A DNA stretch of 40,335 nucleotides from a virus (lineage: Duplodnaviria; Caudoviricetes), in IMG/VR virus record IMGVR_UViG_3300027640_000210, positions 1 through 40,335 of that record. One strand, given 5' to 3'. Below the pieces are notes generated by a model. It saw only the letters and a program-made list of their open reading frames with translations. It was not told where the DNA came from and searched no databases. Both the position numbers and the translations under genes were made by a program. Below, in pieces: positions 35,345 through 40,335 of the stretch; position 1 is the stretch's first letter; each line of letters begins with the position of its first letter.

Positions 35345-36115
35345 ATGTTCAGTGCGACCGGAGGCACCAAGACGACCGACGGCGACTACATCGTCCATAA
35401 GTTCACGGTCGGTGGTTCGCTTGTATGTACCGAGACGTTGGAGGGCGCTGAGTACTTGGTCGTCGGAGGAGGGGGAGGCGGCAGGAACGGCGGGGGCGGC
35501 GGCGGTGGCGGTGTTCTTACCGGCACTGACCTGACGCTGAGCGGAACCATGACCATCACCGTGGGAAGTGGGGGTGCGGTCAACAACCCCGGAAGCAATA
35601 GCGCGATTGACGCGCTCACCGCGATTGGTGGCGGCGCGGGGCAGGGGAATGGTGGGTCGGGGGGCGGCGGCGAATTCGCACTTGCGAACAAAGGTCTCGG
35701 CACGGTCGGTCCTCCCCGGCAAGGCTACGACGGCGGCAACGGCGCCGCTACGGCAAATGGTGGTGGCGGCGGCGGCGCGGCGGCGGTGGGTGGCAACTCT
35801 CCCGGCGGCACCGTGGCGGGCAACGGCGGTGCGGGAATCGACTCAGATATCGTGCTGCGCGGTTCCAGCGTCGGATACTCGGGCGGTGGGGGTGCTGGAC
35901 GGTACGCTTCCGGGGGCACGGACGGAACCGCGACCCATGGTGGTGGCTACTACGGGAAGGCTGCAGGTGACCCAAACACCGGTGGTGGAGGGTTCGGTGG
36001 CGGGTACCAAAAAGCCGGGGGTGCGGGCGGCTCTGGCATCGTGGTCGTCCGCTATCTGAATCCTGCGCTCGCCGGGGGCGGCGGCTTCAAACCTCAAGTG
36101 ATTGTCATTAGTTAG
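35345..36115 (+). CDS. Glycine-rich virion protein
   Basis: ATGG....Y.VHKFT, YLVVGGGGGG, ITVG.GG, GGSGIVVVRY: the phage glycine-rich domain pattern. Confidence 0.85.
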   Translation: MFSATGGTKTTDGDYIVHKFTVGGSLVCTETLEGAEYLVVGGGGGGRNGGGGGGGGVLTGTDLTLSGTMTITVGSGGAVNNPGSNSAIDALTAIGGGAGQGNGGSGGGGEFALANKGLGTVGPPRQGYDGGNGAATANGGGGGGAAAVGGNSPGGTVAGNGGAGIDSDIVLRGSSVGYSGGGGAGRYASGGTDGTATHGGGYYGKAAGDPNTGGGGFGGGYQKAGGAGGSGIVVVRYLNPALAGGGGFKPQVIVIS

Positions 36116-38698
36116 ATGAGCTTCAAGGTCAAGAAATGGGGTTGTCTCCAAACCGTAGCGCCGAGCGACTATTATCCGGGAGCCCTGGCCACAACGTCCA
36201 CCAGCGGGAAGTCGCACTGCTTTCCGTGGGGCGGGAAGATCCTCTTTCTTTGCTACGACGCGGCGCAAGCGGCCTGCTGGTTCAGCTACGACCCGGTGGA
36301 CGGTGCCTGGACGGGCCCCCACTACCCGGCCGGGGTCTCGGTGACCCGGTGGAACTACCACAATCCGCTCTACGGTGACGAGCGTGCGTTCAAGACGTGG
36401 AGCAACCGGTGGCTCCTATCCTACGGGATGAATCTCACGGGCGCCAGCTACGTCCCGGGCTTCTACGGGTGGGACGCCGATCTCAACTTCGTCTACTGGA
36501 CGCAACCGACCATTCCCGGATCCAGCAATCGAGGCGAGCGCTGGGTCGATGCGCTAGGGGTAGATGCAAGCGGCAACCCCTGTCGCGCCCTGTGGCAGTA
36601 CTGGGACATCACCACTGAACGCCTGCTCACCATCGGTCCGGGCGGTCAAGTCATCGCCTACGAAGGCCCACGTGACACGCTTTACTGGCCTACGAATCAA
36701 GGCGTGGTCATCTCCAATGCCTCCAAGCGCGGTTCGTTGTGGCAGTGGTACGTGGGCAGTGACTGCACCGACCCGAACCATGGAAGCAATCTCTATGCGT
36801 CGTATGTCACTGCAGGGCAACAGTGCTCTCCTGCCTTCGCGGGCACGTGTGATCCCCGGTTTGCCTTTGCCGGCACTGACGGTGGCGTCTACGGGGCGGT
36901 CACCGACAAGAACACCGACCCCGACTCCACCTATACGGCAGATCTCCGTTCTCCGCTTACGGCGGCGGCGTCGCCGTGGGTGGGCACGTGGGGCTACCGG
37001 CGCGATCGAGATGGCGGTGCCTATTCCCTCCACCCGGGGACGTCCGATTTAAGCGGCGTGGATCAGAGCATAGCCGGCTACCCGGTCTCGGGTGATGTCA
37101 CCAGGATGTCAAACGGTCTCTACCTCGGGCTGGGCAGTAACCCCGGCGGGTTCACGGCGAGTCTCTACGAGCTCGAACCGGACCAACCGGCCAAGAGAAG
37201 TGCGTCCTCGAGGTGGGCGGGATCGGCCGCGATCGCCTGGGTCGGCACCTGGGCGTTGGGGACCGACCTCGTCCTGCGGAACGTCTTCGACCCGGCGGGC
37301 AACGAGGTTCCCGACTTCGGGTCGGCGAACGTGCCCATCGAGCAGGAGTCGGGGGCGACTCTCACTCAGACCAAAGTCTACAAGGGCACCTCCGGGGGCC
37401 GTCGAACGTACGAACGGGACGTGCGCGTGGAGCTCCGCGGCTACCCGACGTCAGGGGAAAACTGGTGGTGGCCGGGGGATTGGGTCGATCCGACTCACTA
37501 TCAAGGCTTCTGGTGGCTCTTCGCTGATGCCGGCACCGACGACCCATTGATCGAATACATGCCGGATCCATCGTGGGGCATCCTCTCTCCAGTCGGCACG
37601 CGAGTGGACTGGGGGCTCGGGCAGCTGCACCAGGATCTCGGAGCGGCCGCCTATTCCCACTGGGTGCAGGCCGCGGACGGGGTGAACGGAGCCTACGCCG
37701 GGTCGTTCTGGGGCGGCACGTCCGCCGGTCTGAACCAAGCGGTGCGGCGGCTCCAAGGATTCCCGAAGCAAGGCTGTGTCGTTGCCTCCAAGTGGTACGC
37801 GAACATCCAGTCGCAGCCCTACGCTGAATGCCGCGTAGGGACCGTGGCGAACGGAAGCTGGACCCTGGTCAAGAACCTGCGCGATCTCCCTGCCCCCGGG
37901 CTCGGTGAGTCTTCGGGCGGGACCGGACACCGCGCGTGGAATCCTTGGTGGGCTGCTCCCATCCCTGTGTGCCGAGCCATGCCGGCGGGCGGATGGTTGG
38001 TGGGGGCGACCCTCTACTTCGCTCCTTGGGGCACGGCGTGGGCGTGGGACCTGGGTTCGCGGGACGCGACATTCCGCAGCACCGGCCAAGGCTGGGTGCC
38101 CGCCATTCCCGGTGGCAACGGCCCCTGCGTGGACGACCACGCCCCGCGTCTCTACACCGATCTCGATGAGTGGACCACGAATCGGAGCCTCTATGGTCCG
38201 GACGTGCTCCTGGTGTACGACTCCGACTGGCAGTTCGTCGAGTGCCTGAGCGACGCGAACATGTACCCGGCCAACGGCAAGAACTTCACAGTGACCGACG
38301 AGGCAAACCCTCGGATCATCTACCAGACCTATGCCCAGGGCTCCTACAGTGATTACGCCGAAGCATGGGGCCAGCTCTACGATGTGGCCGGCGGCGAGCT
38401 GAACATGCCCCTGTACGCGTGCTACGACCTGGCGGACGGCTTCACTGTTCAGCCGGGGGCCGGTCGGTTTCGGGGCTTCCTCGATCTGAGCGCGTGCGCG
38501 TCCCACGTGAACACCGAGGCCGCCTTCCCCTGGGGCGCTCTCGCATCCGCGTATCAGAGCACCTTCCCCAAGAACTGGTGGGCGGCTCCCGGGAACGGAA
38601 TAGTCGGTCCGGGCCGGGGTGGGCAGACGGTCACACTCCTCGGCTCCCGGGATCCGAGTTCCCGCCAGGGCACGAAAGGCGTCGGCCAGCGAGCCTGA
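36116..38698 (+). CDS. Large Trp/Tyr/Gly-rich protein, candidate receptor-binding protein
   Basis: 860 aa, beta-rich and aromatic-rich; last gene of the tail module. Confidence 0.55.
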   Translation: MSFKVKKWGCLQTVAPSDYYPGALATTSTSGKSHCFPWGGKILFLCYDAAQAACWFSYDPVDGAWTGPHYPAGVSVTRWNYHNPLYGDERAFKTWSNRWLLSYGMNLTGASYVPGFYGWDADLNFVYWTQPTIPGSSNRGERWVDALGVDASGNPCRALWQYWDITTERLLTIGPGGQVIAYEGPRDTLYWPTNQGVVISNASKRGSLWQWYVGSDCTDPNHGSNLYASYVTAGQQCSPAFAGTCDPRFAFAGTDGGVYGAVTDKNTDPDSTYTADLRSPLTAAASPWVGTWGYRRDRDGGAYSLHPGTSDLSGVDQSIAGYPVSGDVTRMSNGLYLGLGSNPGGFTASLYELEPDQPAKRSASSRWAGSAAIAWVGTWALGTDLVLRNVFDPAGNEVPDFGSANVPIEQESGATLTQTKVYKGTSGGRRTYERDVRVELRGYPTSGENWWWPGDWVDPTHYQGFWWLFADAGTDDPLIEYMPDPSWGILSPVGTRVDWGLGQLHQDLGAAAYSHWVQAADGVNGAYAGSFWGGTSAGLNQAVRRLQGFPKQGCVVASKWYANIQSQPYAECRVGTVANGSWTLVKNLRDLPAPGLGESSGGTGHRAWNPWWAAPIPVCRAMPAGGWLVGATLYFAPWGTAWAWDLGSRDATFRSTGQGWVPAIPGGNGPCVDDHAPRLYTDLDEWTTNRSLYGPDVLLVYDSDWQFVECLSDANMYPANGKNFTVTDEANPRIIYQTYAQGSYSDYAEAWGQLYDVAGGELNMPLYACYDLADGFTVQPGAGRFRGFLDLSACASHVNTEAAFPWGALASAYQSTFPKNWWAAPGNGIVGPGRGGQTVTLLGSRDPSSRQGTKGVGQRA

Positions 38699-38754
38699 CT
38701 CCACTTCTCGCATAGACCCCCGAACACCAACCCCCTTCGAGAGAGGACCTCCCC

Positions 38755-39096
38755 ATGACGATCGCCCTGCGCGACCTCCTGACCCTGTTCTCCCTGGCCG
38801 TGGCCATCGTCATCGGCATCGGTGTGGCCGTGACCTACTTCGCGAGCCGTTTTCGGCGTGCCTCGGATGCCCTCCAGAAGGAGTACATCTCCGCGCTAGA
38901 GCGAGACAGACGGGAGCTGCAGACCGAGAACAAGGAGCTCCATCGCGAGGTAAGCGAACAGCGGGGCGCGCTTCGCGTGCTGCAGGACATGGTGCTCGGT
39001 CGCTGCCGATCGTTCACGGCCGATCTGGTGACGGGTGGCTGCACCCACTGCGGACTGGGGTTGGCCTACGGACAACGGACGCGAGCGGAGGACTGA
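38755..39096 (+). CDS. Membrane-anchored coiled-coil protein of the lysis cassette
   Basis: N-terminal TM helix, heptad region, C-terminal CxxC; RBS GAGGA. Confidence 0.65.
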   Translation: MTIALRDLLTLFSLAVAIVIGIGVAVTYFASRFRRASDALQKEYISALERDRRELQTENKELHREVSEQRGALRVLQDMVLGRCRSFTADLVTGGCTHCGLGLAYGQRTRAED

Positions 39097-39097
39097 C

Positions 39098-39922
39098 ATG
39101 AGACGAGGCGTCGATTACTCCACCCGGCCTGCCGACTGGGGGGCATTCGCTCGAGCACTGAAAGCGGGCGGCTACAGTTTCGTCGGCCGGTATCTGAGCG
39201 ATCGGACCAAGGGGATCACCAAGGCTGAGCATGAGGCGCTCCGAGCCCAAGGCCTCGACATCTACGCCTACTACGAGACCACGGCCGGGGCGGCACTCGA
39301 GGGCTACGCCCGTGGGGTGGCCCATGCGCGGGACGCCTTTGCCCGCATGCGTGCATTCGGGGCGACCGAAGCCCCCGTCTATTTCGCCGTGGACGTGGAC
39401 ACCACCGGCCCCCGGGTCGAGCCCTACTTCCGGGGGGTCCTCTCGGTGGCGGGTGGCGTCCAGAGGGTGGGCGCCTACGGCGGCTACCACGTCATCCGCT
39501 GGCTCTTCGATCAGGGCCTCATCACCTATGGCTCCCAGACGGAGGCCTGGTCGCGGGTGAACGGGAAGCTCAAGTTCGACCCCCGAGCGCAGATCCGGCA
39601 GTACACCCTGCCCAAGCACGGGGCACCAACCGTCGGCGGAATCGTGTGCGACCTGAACGTAGCCACAGCCGACGACTTCGGCCAGTGGCACCGACCAGAG
39701 GAGGAAGAGATGCCGATCGACGTCGTGCACGACCCGGAGGCCGTGAAGGCGGCCCGGGAAAAGCTGGAAGCTGCTGGACTCCTCACTGGCCGGGATCATC
39801 GTTCTGATGACGCCGCATCCGTGGGACTCCTCTTGATCCTCTGCGCCCGCCTGCTCGATCAGGTCTCCGGGCCGGTGGACCTCGAGGAGTATGAGCTTCG
39901 GCTGGTCCGGAAGGGAGGCTGA
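39098..39922 (+). CDS. Endolysin, DUF1906/GH25-like glycoside hydrolase
   Basis: GVDYS, FVGRYL, YE, VYFAVD, GAYG, Q..AWS, D.N motifs; RBS GGAGG. Confidence 0.88.
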   Translation: MRRGVDYSTRPADWGAFARALKAGGYSFVGRYLSDRTKGITKAEHEALRAQGLDIYAYYETTAGAALEGYARGVAHARDAFARMRAFGATEAPVYFAVDVDTTGPRVEPYFRGVLSVAGGVQRVGAYGGYHVIRWLFDQGLITYGSQTEAWSRVNGKLKFDPRAQIRQYTLPKHGAPTVGGIVCDLNVATADDFGQWHRPEEEEMPIDVVHDPEAVKAAREKLEAAGLLTGRDHRSDDAASVGLLLILCARLLDQVSGPVDLEEYELRLVRKGG

Positions 39923-39990
39923 CCCCTGCGCTATCCCCGTTGGCTCTACTACCGCTGGCGCACGAGGCGCCGGCAAAGGAGGTGCTCCAG

Positions 39991-40335
39991 ATGTTGAGCA
40001 ACCTGTTGTCCGAGAGCGTCCTCGTGGGCGCTCTCCTGGCGATCCTGGCCCTGGTCCTCATGGACCTGGTGACCCGGGTATCCGTGAGCGTCGCCCGCGG
40101 CGTCTTCGAGTGGGGGAAGGTTCTGGACTTCCTGCGCACGAACGTCGTGCCCTACGTGCTCGCGTGGGGGGCGATCGAGGCGCTCATGTACGCCGCGAAC
40201 TATGTGGCGTTCCCACCTGAAGTCCTGACTCCGTTCGCCGGCCTTGCGGCCATCATCTACGCTCTGATTATCGCCAGACTGATCGGATCGATCCTCGGGA
40301 ATCTGAAAGACCTCGGAGTACCCTCGGGCGCCTGA
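39991..40335 (+). CDS. Holin
   Basis: RBS AAGGAGGTG; three hydrophobic segments; ends SILGNL..LG; follows the lysin. Confidence 0.7.
   Translation: MLSNLLSESVLVGALLAILALVLMDLVTRVSVSVARGVFEWGKVLDFLRTNVVPYVLAWGAIEALMYAANYVAFPPEVLTPFAGLAAIIYALIIARLIGSILGNLKDLGVPSGA

Larger units (their letters stand above)
1..40335 (+). mobile_element. Tailed phage/prophage genome segment (early, replication, packaging, head, tail and lysis modules)
   Basis: Canonical gene order terminase-portal-MuF-protease-capsid-neck-tail-lysin-holin; dense co-oriented overlapping ORFs. No integrase or att site recognised in the window. Confidence 0.95.

Noticed and set aside
33428-38698. Diversity-generating retroelement or invertible tail-fibre cassette
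   Set aside because: No reverse transcriptase, invertase, or template/variable repeat pair seen.
1-40335. Genome-wide stop-codon reassignment
   Set aside because: Conserved genes are intact under the standard code, and TAG occurs only at plausible gene ends.

Overview
This window is a near-complete, high-GC (roughly two-thirds G+C, estimated by eye) tailed phage or prophage genome segment, with almost all genes on the + strand and many translationally coupled. From left to right it contains: one divergent gene; small early genes; a recombination module (candidate annealing protein plus SbcD/SbcC-like nuclease); Zn-finger genes and a RusA-like resolvase; a replication initiator with internal repeats; an XRE regulator; a putative late regulator followed by a promoter and terminator; a ParB-DNA methyltransferase; terminases; a PBSX-like head module (portal, MuF, XkdF-like protease, scaffold, capsid); neck genes; a frameshifting tail chaperone; a short tape measure; a glycosyltransferase; baseplate/fibre genes; and a lysis cassette (DUF1906-like endolysin, holin). 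No integrase, tRNA, rRNA or CRISPR array was seen. The host is unknown; the lysin, XRE type and GC content are compatible with Actinomycetota (inference). The most striking feature is in the head module. Three different proteins carry the same peptide, KH-x(3-7)-DQSxHG, exactly at the border between a head-assembly part and an unrelated C-terminal domain. This suggests a motif-tagged system for loading cargo or effector proteins into the capsid, alongside an apparently split prohead protease. All family assignments come from motif recognition by eye, not database searches.
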